From: Eledone cirrhosa
Taxonomy: Eukaryota
Direction of reading: 5' to 3'
Assembly: GCA_964016885.1 (NCBI GenBank)
Contig: OZ024741.1
Location: 113,646,001-113,710,000, forward strand
Length of the DNA stretch: 64,000 nucleotides
The position numbers and the translations under genes were made by a program. Positions 39,086 through 51,410 of this stretch are shown here, in pieces. Numbering within the stretch: position 1 is the first letter of the stretch; every line of letters starts with the position of its first letter. The notes under the pieces are model-generated. The model saw nothing but the letters and a program-made list of their open reading frames with translations. It did no database searches and had not been told where the DNA came from.

Positions 39086-39411
39086 AATTGTCAGCCCTAA
39101 TTGAGAATATGTACATCAAACAATCACAAGGAAATATGTAACTGATAGTTTTGTAAAGTGTTGCAAATATAGTAGTAATCATGAGAGAACATACTATTGT
39201 CACTATTTTCATTATCATCATTTTTACATCAACTTTTCTATGCTAGCATGGGTTGGACTGGAATTTTGAGGCAATGATTTACAGCTGGAGACCCTTTCTC
39301 ACACCAACTCTTTTAGCCACTTCTTATAACATGCACAACATGCAGGGATACAGTGTGCATATTCTTAACTGGATACACATGGTCATATATATATATATAT
39401 ATATATATACA

Positions 39412-39459
39412 CATCCCGAGCTGAAGATCCGCGAAGGTGAAACAATTGTTCTCGGTATG
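39412..39459 (+). ncRNA. Minimal type I hammerhead ribozyme in a ~75-bp TA-flanked insert
   Basis: CCGAG-CUGAAGA-uCC(gcgaa)GGu-GAAA-CAAUUG-UU-CUCGG. Confidence 0.9.
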
Positions 39460-39506
39460 GTGAACTAACGGTTCTGTAACCACTTCTATATATATATATA
39501 TATATA

Positions 39507-40804
39507 CAGGGTGTGGACGATATTTGTTTGCAATTTTCAACTGCTGATTTTATGCAAATTTTTTTACTTCCATTATCACTATTGTCTTCATAAAAACAGT
39601 GACTATATTTCCATTATTTATGAATATTTTCAGAATAATTGATTATGAATAATTTTGAACCTCCAAATTTGTGGAAGAGATGGAGTTCTTCATGGAATCC
39701 GTGCCGGGAGGACAAATAAGGAAATTTCAGACTTTCTCAGCGTCAGCAGGAGAATGGTGGAAAAGGTCAGAAAGGAATTGGAAGATTCAGGATTCGACTA
39801 CGAAGCAACATCAGAGAGGAAAACACATGACCGACGATCTGACGCCTTCAGAACACCCGAGTTCATCGCTTAAGTTCAGGATATCATAAACAATGAGCCT
39901 AGCAAGTCGATGCATGCCATAGCAAGGGGGAAAGGCATGGATGTAAAGCTCATTAGGCTGGTGGTACATGAAGACATTCGCTACGTTTCATACAAGGACA
40001 ATTTCTGTCAAAGGCGATGCAACAAAAGCGACTGAAGCACATGAAGAAGCTGATCAACAAGTTGAAACACCCACTGGATCCAGATATGCTGTGGTTTTTT
40101 TCCGACGAGAAAAACTTCTGCCAAGACCAGAAGATCAACTCCGAGAACAACAGGTGGCTCGCTGTCTTATCCAAAGACGTGCCCAGAGTCATGCAGACAA
40201 AGTTTTCAGTGACAACATTGGTCTTAGGTGTCGTCAGCAGTCAAGGTGACGTCATGCCACCTCACTTCTTCTCTGAGGGTTTCAAGCTGAACACCGATGG
40301 CTACATCCGCGTTCTGAGCAAAGTAGTAAAACCCTGGATCGACCAGGTAGCTGCAGGTAGGCCGTACGTGTGGCAGCAAGACTCACCGCCCTGCCATACC
40401 AGCCGAAAGACCAAAGCCTGGCTGTCAGAGAACTTCGTCAACCACACTTCACCTGACATCTGGCGTCCCAGCTCGCCTGACTGCAACCCCCTCAACTTCT
40501 TTGTGTGGGGTGCAGTGGAATGAGACACCAACAGATCTAGCTGCAATATAAAAGATGATTTGAAGGCCAGGATCACAAGTGCCTTTAGGGGCCTAAGTCG
40601 GGGGACAGTGACGAAAGCCTGTAGCCGGTTCCAAGGCCGCCTTGAGGCCATCATCAAAGCCAATGGCAGGTTTATCGAGTGAGATCGAAAGAACAACTCA
40701 TGAAGACAAACTGACCCATGTTTGATAAATAAATCTTAAAAAATAAAACAACTGTTATTTTTTCCTAGACAGTAATCTTGTGAACAAATATCGTCCGCAC
40801 CCTA
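39507..40804 (+). mobile_element. Tc1/mariner transposon, DD37D (maT) type, full length, inserted in (TA)n
   Basis: TIRs CAGGGTGTGGACGATATTTGTT / AACAAATATCGTCCGCACCCT; transposase inside. Confidence 0.95.
39670..40681 (+). pseudogene. DD37D transposase, disrupted
   Basis: N-terminal HTH-like region; FSDEK, QQD-x37-N (third Asp mutated), SPDCNPL; stops at 39871 and 40521 and a frameshift near 39990. Confidence 0.9.
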
Positions 40805-40816
40805 TATATATATATA

Positions 40817-40918
40817 GCTCTGCCGTCGGGGTCATACTTTTTTATTTCCCACTCTACTAGTATTGAGTACTCTGGTGCGTTATGGTCCATCTGGTTCCTT
40901 ACCACAATTCCTTTGTTA
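40817..40918 (+). mobile_element. Fragment of the 381-592 family
   Basis: Reverse complement matches 381-490; TA on both sides. Confidence 0.8.
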
Positions 40919-41074
40919 TATATATATATATATATATAAATAAATAGATAAATAAATAAATATATATAAATAAATAAATATAAGCAGATGGGATATTTAA
41001 TTTGTTGGAAATTCAACAAATATAAATGTTTATAACTGATGCAGAGCACTCGACAAATTTCTGGAGTAAATATT

Positions 41075-41410
41075 CAATGATATTAAATAATTGGAAACTA
41101 TATTTATAAAACCATATTTATTCTATTATATATATTTCAAGGGTACCAAAAACTTTGGTACGCTTTCATCAGATAAAATGCAAGGTGTGTTTTATAAATT
41201 TTGACAAGGCCAAGGAACATACCTTATCAGTTGAATTTTCCAAGGAAAATTCAGCTGATAAGCTATGTTCCTTGGCTATGTCAACATTTATAAAACACAC
41301 TTTGTATTTTATCTGATGAAAGCGTACCAAAGTTTTTGGTACCCTTGAAATATATATAATAGAATAAATATGGTTTTATAAATATAGTTTCCCTTTATTT
41401 AATATCATTG
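41075..41410. mobile_element. 336-bp palindrome with two back-to-back hammerheads
   Basis: Arms 41075-41241/41244-41410 with a 2-nt loop. Confidence 0.9.
41306..41365 (+). ncRNA. Type I hammerhead ribozyme, intact; mirror copy at 41120-41179 on minus
   Basis: AUUUUAU-CUGAUGA-AAGcGUACCAAA..UUUGGUACcCUU-GAAA-UAUAUA-UA-AUAGAAU. Confidence 0.9.
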
Positions 41411-41448
<38 letters not shown>

Positions 41449-41454
<6 letters not shown>

Positions 41455-42780
41455 TAGGAATAACCAAAGAGTGCTTAGAAATACATTGTTTTATTAGCTA
41501 ACAGTGTTTCATCCATACCCCATGGCAGGAATCTTCACAGCCTATAAACAAGAGTATATCAATAGTTGCTTGCTCCATCGAGCTGCATCACCAGAACAAG
41601 GTTAAAGGACCAGAAGGGGGTCCTGAGGCCAGCGCTATATGGAAAAAGACAGAATACATGATGCTCATAATGTCATAAAATGTCTTAAAAAATTACATCA
41701 AAAATTAAAAATTACACCAAAAATTTATCATTAAATGGTGCAATAGATGATAAAGAGGTTGGGAGAGGGTAGCAAGGGATGAGTGAAGGGATTACTCAGC
41801 ATGATCAGAAGCAATAAAAAAAATAATAAAAAAGTACAAAAATACAGGGATAACAAAAGAGATAAATATAAAAATACAAAACGATAAAGGAACAAAAAGC
41901 CCGAAAACCCCCCCAAATATAAAACAAAGCAAAGCATAGATACATTAAAGCACAAGCAGTGCAAAAAGAGGGTGTACAGGTAGATCTAGAGAGTTTGCAA
42001 GCATGAGTCTGTGAAAAGAATAGTTGGTTAGCAGTGGTGCAGCCTTATATGTATGATAGTCCATATGAGGGATGGTGTACTCCAATTATATCGCCTTGTA
42101 ACAGGTCAATTTTCCTTATCATATCAGCACCTTATGAACCACATCGATATGTTCCAGTTCCGAACGTAAAGTGAGATAACACTATTTTTCCAAAACCTAT
42201 ACCCAGGGGTTTTCGGGCTTTTTGTTCCTTTATTGTTTTGTAGTTTTATATTTATCTCTTTTGTTATCCCTGTATTTTTGTACTTTTTTATTATTTTTTT
42301 TTATTGTTTCTGATCATGCTGAGTAATCCCTTCACTCATCCCTTGCTACCCTCTCCCAACCTCTTTATCATCTATTGCACCATTTAATGATAACATTTTG
42401 GTGTAATTTTTAATTTTTGATGTAATTTTTTAAGACATTTTATGACATTATGAGCATCATGTATTCTGTCTTTTTCCATATAGCGCTGGCATCGGGACCC
42501 CCCTGCTGGTCCTTTAACCTTGTTCTGGTGACGCAGCTCAATGGAGCATGCAACTATTGATATACTCTTGTTTATAGGCTCTGATGATACCTGCCATGGG
42601 ATATGGATGAAACACTGTTAGCTCATAAAACAATGTATTTCTAAGCACTCTTTGGTTATTCCTATAACTATAACGGCTCTGTAGTATACTAGTTATCCTA
42701 CTTTGAGCTAAAACCACACTGTCATACCAAGGGCAATATATCTGCGTGTCTGGGCTTATTGATATATTTATCAACGAAAC
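41449..42780. mobile_element. TA-flanked element with ~465-bp inverted arms, an HHR in each arm and a ~108-nt tail
   Basis: 41449-41911 matches the reverse complement of 42206-42672; tail 42673-42780. Confidence 0.9.
42577..42623 (+). ncRNA. Hammerhead ribozyme; mirror copy at 41496-41542 (core GUGAAGA)
   Basis: GGCU-CUGAUGA-stem II-GAAA-CACUG-UU-AGCU. Confidence 0.7.
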
Positions 42781-43446
42781 TATATATATATATATATACA
42801 TATATATATCAAATTAAAATATAGAGTTATTAATCATAGCAATGAGAGAAGGCACATAATAAATTATGTCAGATAATAGGGGATAACATACCAACCTGGT
42901 AAAGCACATAAAAGCAACGGATGAAGTTGTAAATATAAATTAATAAAATAATAAACTGTATAAACCTCCACTATAACGATATACACCTGGACATAAGATA
43001 TACGTTATATACATATATATATTGGCATAATATATACAACACATACATACATATATATTTTATGTTTTGCAATAAAAAAGGTGAAGAATCATAAAATACG
43101 TAGGAACTTATCAGCGGGTGTACTACGTCTTATGAGCCTCACATACTACAGAGAGCAAGAGAGAAAATATATCTAATTTCTGATAGCATGGTGGCAATGC
43201 ACATAGGTTAGCCCAGGGCGGCTTGAATAAACTATTAGGTCGCTAAAAATAGCAGTCCATCCATTATCTCTGCTTTTACATATGTGTGTGTAGAGAGAAA
43301 GAGAGAAAGATTGATATAAATGTGTATATGTATATATACACACACATATATTTATGTGTGTATATATACATATACACATTTTTATCAATCTTTCTCATTC
43401 TTTCTCCCCACCCCCTCTCTATCTCTCTCTCTCTGCATATATATAT

Positions 43447-43792
43447 GGCGGCACATGGCTTAGTGGTTAGAGCATTGGCCTTGCAATTGAAAGGTTGTGA
43501 GTTCAATTCTCAGACCGGGTGATGTGTTGTTTCCTTGAGCAAGACACTTTATTTCACATTGCTCCAGTTTACTCAGCTGTAGAAATGAGATGATAGGAAC
43601 TAGGGTCCATATCATTCCACTGCAAAGTGGTCGTGCAAGGTGCCACGGAAAAAAAGCACCCAGCACTCACTGTAAATAAGGTTGGTGTTAGGAAGGGCAT
43701 CCAGCTGTAGAAATCAAGCCTGAATCAGTTCCCGTCCCACCCTTGCAAGCAGGGAAAAGCGGACGTAAAATGATGATGATGAAGATGATGAT
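43447..43792 (+). mobile_element. SINE family 1
   Basis: Full length with (TGA)n tail and TA flanks. Confidence 0.9.
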
Positions 43793-46700
43793 ATATATAT
43801 ACACACACATACTAGCAGAGATAATGGAGATTAAGTGGTGATACAAAAACACACACATTCACACAGATAGGCATAGAATCACATATCACTCTTGGAACTA
43901 GCAGAATAATTAGCAAATTAGCATATATTGCAATATTTATGCATGTATATTATCTTCATAATGAATTTTATGGTGTAATTTGAAAATAAACAATAATTTG
44001 TTTCAAATAACACTATATTTTGTTAATGGCATGGCACCATAAATTTTTTTTTTCCTGGCAATAACCAATTGCTACCATTTTTAACACATATATTTTATCG
44101 ATTTATATATTTTCATTTTCTTTTTCTCATTCTGTAATGATGCCAGTAACTTAGAAACTGCTGGGAACAACCACCACTAAACAAACAAAATTTTAAAATG
44201 TATAAATCAAACAGAACAGAGAATGTTTCTTTTCATTACGCTAATGAAAGCATGTTGTTTTCTGACAATTTGTTTTAATGTTATAAAATCAAGGTATATG
44301 TACATTTTATATTTAATTGCAGTTCATTAAAAAAAACATTCAAGATAATTTCTGTTAAAATTCAAACAGCCATTTCCACCTTAGTAGGTGCAGACATGTG
44401 TGTGTGTGGTTAAGGAGTTTGTTTCGCATACACAAGGTTTTGGGTTCAGTTCTACCATGTGGTATCTTGGGCAAAGTTTATAGTCCTGAGTTGACCAATA
44501 CTCTATGAGTAATATTTGGTATATGAAAACTATGTGGAAGCCCATGTGATGTATTATTATATATATATGTACATGCTCACACATCATCATCATCATTGTC
44601 ATTTTACACCCATTTTTATGTGACCATAGGTTGGATGGGTTGTTTTAGTCAGAGACATAACAGGTTGGATAATCACATCTTGCTCATATTTTCCAGCATG
44701 GCCTCATGACTGAAGCCAGTAAAAGAGTAATAGAGTATTACTTGAGAATGGCATAGGTGTGAATGATTTATCAAGATTGTAGAAAAGTTAAAAAGAACAG
44801 TTATGAGAATATACTAATTCAGAACTAACCATAGAAACCATGCCCCAATAAAGAATTAAGAAGACTCTTCATTTGTGTCAATGATATATAACAATTTTAA
44901 TGCCAGTGCCATGACAAAAGGCACCCAGTACACTCTGGCAAAATGATTGGTGTTAGAAAGAACATTCATTCATAGAAGCCATGCCCCAACCTCTTTAGTA
45001 TCAGTGTCACAATAAAATGCACCCAGTATACTCCGAGAAAAGTGGTTTGGCATTAGGGCTGGCATCTTGCCATAGAAACCATGCTAAAATGGAGAATATT
45101 TGAGTGAGATGTTGTATCTGAACCTATCTAGGAGGACAGTAGCCCTGGTTAAGTATTCACTTGGTCTGTAATGACCTGTCCAACCCACACTAGCATGGAA
45201 CAATGACATAAAATGAGTCATGTTTTCTATGGTTAGATACCCTTCCTAATGTCAACCTCCTCATGGCATTTACCAAATGTATTTTGTCATGGCACTATCA
45301 CTACCATCTGGGAGGGTGGACTTGATGATTTTCATCATGGTACCAACACCACTACTTTACAGTGTGAGCTGAGTGCATTTTATTTATATTAGATATCTAC
45401 TGCAAATTGTGGTGTAGAAATTGACCTTTCATACAAGTACATCCTAGCTTAAAGTTCTATTATATCTCTATCTGTCATATAAGTCAACTCCCAAATATAC
45501 TATAAAGTGGCTCTCCTGAGATTATTCTGGACATGTTTTAATGAATGATAAATATATATCCCATATATTGTCCCTTTCTATACCAACCCACCTGAAATTG
45601 TTTATTTCAATTATATAAAACTATCTATTTTGAAATGTTCATATCATATTTTTATTACAAAATTTCAATGTAATATTTTGTTAAAATATTTTCCAAGCAT
45701 GAAATTAATTATGACAGAGTTAGTTATTTTATTAAATGTTATTAATTCCTGGTTACTTTCAAAATTAATTAAAAGTCATAGGTAGCATATCTCATTAAAA
45801 TATGGTCATGAAGTGGTTAAAGTAAAATACAATACTACACTTTTTATCAAAGGCCTAAGTAAACCATACCCATTGAGGGTGTTCTAGGGTTGCTTTAACT
45901 AGAGTTGCTATAATAGATATTTCATGGTCCCGTAACTCCTGAAGGAGTAATAGTAGTACCTTATTGATATACAGCATTTCTAGGGCATTTTTTCAAAACT
46001 TGGCAGAGCCCATCTCCTCCTCAGGTCTGAATGCAGCAGATTTCTTCCAGAGAAGGATAGAGAGAAAGAAAATGTAAGTGAGAATCAATCCTAGTATTTG
46101 ACTGATACTTTTTTTTATTGACCTTGAATGAATGAAAGGCAAAGTTGACCTCAGTAGGATTTGAACTGAGAGAGCAAAGAGCCGAAACGAATACTGCAAA
46201 CCATTCTATCTAACGTTTTAATGACTCTGCTAATTCACTGCCTTATAATAGGCATACTATATATTATATAGTAAATCATAGCTATACACTTTCTATCAAA
46301 GTATCTCTGTAAACCAAAGTTACTACTTCCCACTACTATTTGCAAATAGACAGAGATAACATTGACCTGAGGTGCTAATTGGGAAACTTGTTTACCACCA
46401 GAATAGATTTGTATATTTTCCCACCCTAAATTTTGACCTCTATTTGTGCAGAGATATTTTCAGGTTTGAAAACAATTATCTGCATGATGCATTTTACTGT
46501 AATTCTTTCTAATGAAGAAGTCATGGAAAGAGTCAGGCTGATTAAACTAGGGAATGTTATCATGTAAGATGGTGGAAGATACTTGACCATGTTTTATGTA
46601 TGCCCATAAAGTAATGAATGAGAGCTTCTTTCAAGTGGAAGTTAGAGGCAGGGGCAAGAAGCAGGGGAAGCAGGGTAGACCTATCAAGACCTGATGGAAG

Positions 46701-46854
46701 ACTGTTGAGGAACATAGGTATGGCCAGTGAACAGGCTCATAACAGTGGGGCTTGCAACTGTGGTGGATGGAAAACTCTCTTTGTCCCATAATCTAAACTA
46801 ATGCTGCTGCTGCCTCTGCTACGACTACTAATGATAACCATTTTATATTTGCAG

Positions 46855-46982
46855 CCACATTCGAAGTAGAGAAAGGTACAAAATGGCTTAAAGGCAATTA
46901 CAAAAGTATTGGATTTTACCGAGTCAACTACGAAGTCGATGTCTGGAAAGCTCTCATATCTGAGTTGACCACCAACTTTCAG
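46855..46982 (+). CDS. Internal exon of an M1-family aminopeptidase (aminopeptidase N / ERAP / glutamyl aminopeptidase-like)
   Basis: tttatatttgcAG|...CAG|GTaggt; 128 nt, phase 1 to 0; TFEVEKGTKWLKGNYKSIGFYRVNYEVDVWKALISELTTNFQ matches the W.K.N....GFYRVNY....W..L motif at the start of the ERAP1-like C-terminal domain. Confidence 0.9.
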
Positions 46983-47144
46983 GTAGGTTAACTAACACTC
47001 TTTCTTTGTTAACATCCTCTTTATTTCTTTTGCTCTCTCATAGACACACACATACATACACACATTGCATATATAAATATATACACATTGATATATATTG
47101 TCCATATAAATATATGCACATGGATACACACACGCATGTATATG

Positions 47145-47198
<54 letters not shown>

Positions 47199-47205
47199 AA
47201 CATAC

Positions 47206-47255
<50 letters not shown>

Positions 47256-47262
47256 AACATAC

Positions 47263-47293
<31 letters not shown>

Positions 47294-47362
47294 GGAGAAT
47301 AGAAATGGCTGTGTAGTTGCTATTTAAGGTAACTTAAAATGCAGTGGGAATACGAAAAAAAC

Positions 47363-47708
47363 CATCATCATCATCATCATCATTTCATTTTACGTCCGCT
47401 TTTCCCTGCTTGCAAGGGTGGGATGGGAACTGATTCTGGCTTGTTTTCTACAGCTGGATGCCCTTCCTAACACCAACCTCATTTACAGTGAGTGCTGGGT
47501 GCTTTTTTGCCGTGGCACCTCCATGACCACTTTGCAGTGGAATGATAGGGACCCAGTCCTATCATCTCATTTCTACAGCTGAGTAAACTGGAGCAATGTG
47601 AAATAAAGTGCCTTGCACAACGAAACAACACATCACCCGGTCTGGGAATTGAACTCACAACTTTTCGATTGCAAGGCTAATGCTCTAACCACTAAGCCAA
47701 GTGCCTCC
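47363..47708 (-). mobile_element. SINE family 1
   Basis: Full-length reverse copy. Confidence 0.9.
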
Positions 47709-47774
47709 ATCAGTATATATATATACATACACATACATCATACATATATATATATATATATACACATACATCAT

Positions 47775-47907
<133 letters not shown>

Positions 47908-48801
47908 CACTTGATGCTAATATGTGGCATTCTACATTTCGTATTTAACTATTATTGGTATCCTTAAAAAGCAGTGTTAATAATAATAATTGCTTCTACT
48001 TTTGGCACAAGGCCATCAAATACCCAGTACATTACTGGTACTTTATTTTATCGACCCTGTAAAGATGAAAGGTAAAGTTAACCTCGGCGGGATTTGAATC
48101 CAGAATGGCAAGAGCCGTAACTCTATGTGTCAAAGCATGGCGTCCGACCCTCTACCGATACTGCCAATCCACCGCCCAGTGTTAATAATAATTATTATTT
48201 CTGATTTAGGCACAATGCCAACAATCTTGGGGGGAGGAGAAAGTTGATTAAATTGATCCCAGTGAATTACTGGTGTTTTATTTATCAACCCTGTAAGGAT
48301 GAAAGGTAAAGCTAACCACAGCACAATAATAAGGAGCATTTATATGTTTATTCACATATAAATACAATATTGAGCAGCTCAAGGTACTATCAGTAGTGAT
48401 TGGACCCGACTCTGGAATTGATGGTTCATCAGACCAGTTGGGCAGGTGTATATTCACACACATACATGTGAGTGCAGATTTACCTATGTAGGTGTACTTG
48501 TGCATGCATATAGACTAAAGCTCAAGTCATAAAATGTAGAGAAGAGAAGGAGGTTGTCTTGTCCCATATCATGAGTATGGCCGTAAAGGATACTGAAGAG
48601 TATCAAGTAAGATGTTAAGGTGGTACAACCTCCAACCCACTGAACTATGGAATGTAGAGTTACTGTGTATGTCGAGGGGGATAGAGCCATGGTACTAATG
48701 AAGAGAAATGGGGGGGGGGGGGCAGAGTAAATATTGGGAACCATTTACCACCGAGAGCACCCAGGCTCCTGCAATAGGTGTCATGTAAATAAATGTATAT
48801 A

Positions 48802-50700
48802 TCATCATTATCATCATCATGTGCCTGTTTTTCCATGCATGGGTTAAACAGGTCCTTTTCAGTACAAACACCTCTCCAATCATCACTGTCCTTTGTCATC
48901 TACTCTGTGAGCTTCAATGATTTGACATCATTTCTCGTGACTTCCACCGAGATCTTCCTTGGTCTTCCTCTACTGCAGCTTCCTTCCACGGGAATTTCTT
49001 CACACTTCTTCACTCAGTAATCATCGTCCATGAATATCACATATCCATATCAGCATAGTCTTCTCTCCTGTACACATCTGATTCCTCTTATACACAGTTT
49101 CTCTCTTAGTTCATCCATGCTTTGTTGTTCACACATTTTAGTATTACACATCCATCAAAACATACACAGTTCATTTCTCTCCAGCCTTCACATATTCTCT
49201 TGCAGTCACTGCCCATATTTTACTACTATGGAGCATTTTACATTGTACACAGACATCATACAGCCAACCTTTTATTCATTGGGAGAAAAGTATTGTAGCT
49301 CTCTAAACTTCTTCCATTCTGGACTTATTCTATTCAGCACCCACCTCCACTGCTAATTAGGTCACCTAGATAGTAGAAGCTATCAACCACTTCTAAGGAT
49401 CCAACCTGGGATTGGAAAAGATGTATATCATTGACATTTTTACTATCAATTTTCCCTGAACACCTACTACATACAAAGTCTTTGTTTCCGTATAGTCTGT
49501 CTGCTATCCCACTACACCTATTATATACCCAAGATTTGTATTGTGTACATAGTATAAAGTTTCTACTAACTCATTTTCTACATATCAAACAAGGTCATAT
49601 CTCTGACAGGATAAAGACCTTGTTTTCTTTCCTACTTATTAAAAGTGTAGTATGCTTAGTTTATTACCAGTCCATTTGATTCTAGGTTCTGTTTTCACAG
49701 TCGGAACTTGTTCTGTAATTTTTCTGCAGAATCAACTATAGGAACCAGATCACCAGCATATAGAATTTCCAATAGACAGCCTGTTATGGTCTGAAGGACT
49801 ATAATGAACAGAAGTATGCTGAGACCTTAGTCCTGATGCACTCCTACCTGTACTTTGAATTCCTCACTAAACTCAATTCTTTCTCTGACTTTACTGACAG
49901 CTCCTCTGAAGATGACTTACACTGCTTTCACAAGCCATTCTTCTACACCTAGTTTCCTAAAGGACAACCAGATGACAGATCGTAGTACTCTGTTAAAGGC
50001 CTTCTCTAGATCAACAAAAGCTAACTATAGAGGCTTACTCCTAGCTAGGAAATTCTCTTGCAGTTGTCTCAAAACCAAACTGCATCTCATCTAGTTTACT
50101 AGATATCTTTCTGTCACTTTCATGACTTGGTCAATTAATTTTATTCCTCTATAGTTGCTTCCTTCTGGTGCATCACCTTTTTCTTTGAAGCAATTAATGA
50201 ATATACTGCTGCAGCACTCATTGAGTATGACCCCCTCCTGTATTACCTGACTGACTATGCAGGTGACTAGTTCAACTCCTACTTTCTAGATGCTTTCAGC
50301 ATCTCAGCGACTATCACTGATAGTCCAGCAGCTTTACCAGTCTTCATCTCTTTAATTAATTTTTTTACCCTAGTCTATTTCACCCTAGTCTATTTCACCA
50401 TAGTCTATTTCACCCTAGTCTATTTCACCATAGTCTATTTCACTAGCTGGTCCCTTTGTTAGGTCAGATGGAGTAGTATCCCCCTTCCCACACATTTTTT
50501 CCATTCATCAATCTCTCATTATAGCATTACCAGGCCTCTTTCTTTTGAGCATCAGTGATGCTAATGGCACCGGTGTCATTTGAAACACACTTTTCCCCAT
50601 CAACATCCTGATTCACACTTACACACTGCCTTATGAAGCTAACACCTCTTAACTCTGATCCTCACATAAAATATTGGCAAAAACCCTTCTTTCAGTTTGA
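48802..50700 (-). mobile_element. Old degraded RTE LINE
   Basis: Collinear relics of KTGKAAG, NYRGIKLID, FVDLEKAF, YYLGD, WYGY and GRPRK; (CAT)n tail; 15-bp tandem insert at 50368-50445. Confidence 0.85.
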
Positions 50701-50954
50701 TTAGTTCATATGCATCACAGAATTCCAGTAGCTTGAATCATAACCATAGACAACATGTACCCCAGTGTAACCATCCTAGTGCTATCTAACATGTGTATAT
50801 ATATATACACATGTATATATATATATACACACATGTATATATATATATACACATGTATATATATACACACACTGCGTGACGCAGTAATACAGAGTACCCG
50901 ACCTCCCATGGGTACAAGCTGAAGCATATAGACAATATGCCCCCACACCCCCAC

Positions 50955-51215
50955 TGCAAGGTGGTCGTGGAGGTGCCACGGCAAAAAAGCACCCAGCCCA
51001 CACTGTAAAGTGGACGTGTAGGCGCCACGAAAAAGCACCCAGCACTCACTGTAAATGAGGTTGGTGTTAGGAAGGGCATCCAGCTGTAGAAATCAAGCCA
51101 AATCAGTTCCTGTATGAGCAAGGCATGGTCAGCCGACCAGACACTGCCCACAACAGGACAACCCGTCTAACCCATGCTAGCGTGGAAGAACGGACGTAAA
51201 AACGGTGATGATGAT
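50955..51215 (+). mobile_element. 5'-truncated SINE/RTE 3' end
   Basis: Modules plus GGAAGGGCATCC and the CCATGCTAGCGTGGAAG..GGACGT terminus. Confidence 0.8.
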
Positions 51216-51237
51216 AATATATATATATATATATATT

Positions 51238-51289
<52 letters not shown>

Positions 51290-51360
51290 TTATATATAAT
51301 CACCACCTTCCCCAACCACCAGAAAACATACAAATACCACCATATTACAATGCCAGTTAT

Positions 51361-51410
51361 CTTTCCTGACGATTTCCTTTGAATGAAACTATTCTAGTCC
51401 TGTAGAAGCC
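51361..51410 (+). ncRNA. Hammerhead ribozyme, family C
   Basis: CUUUC-CUGACGA-uUUC..GAAu-GAAA..CUG-UA-GAAG; upstream 51300-51360 is homologous to 2180-2235. Confidence 0.7.

Noticed and set aside
41075-42672. Long inverted repeats as assembly or amplification chimeras, or as DNA-transposon TIRs
   Set aside because: Arms carry accumulated mismatches, have one-sided tails, vary in inversion point between copies of one family and contain ribozymes. Only the identical-arm cases still need read-level confirmation.
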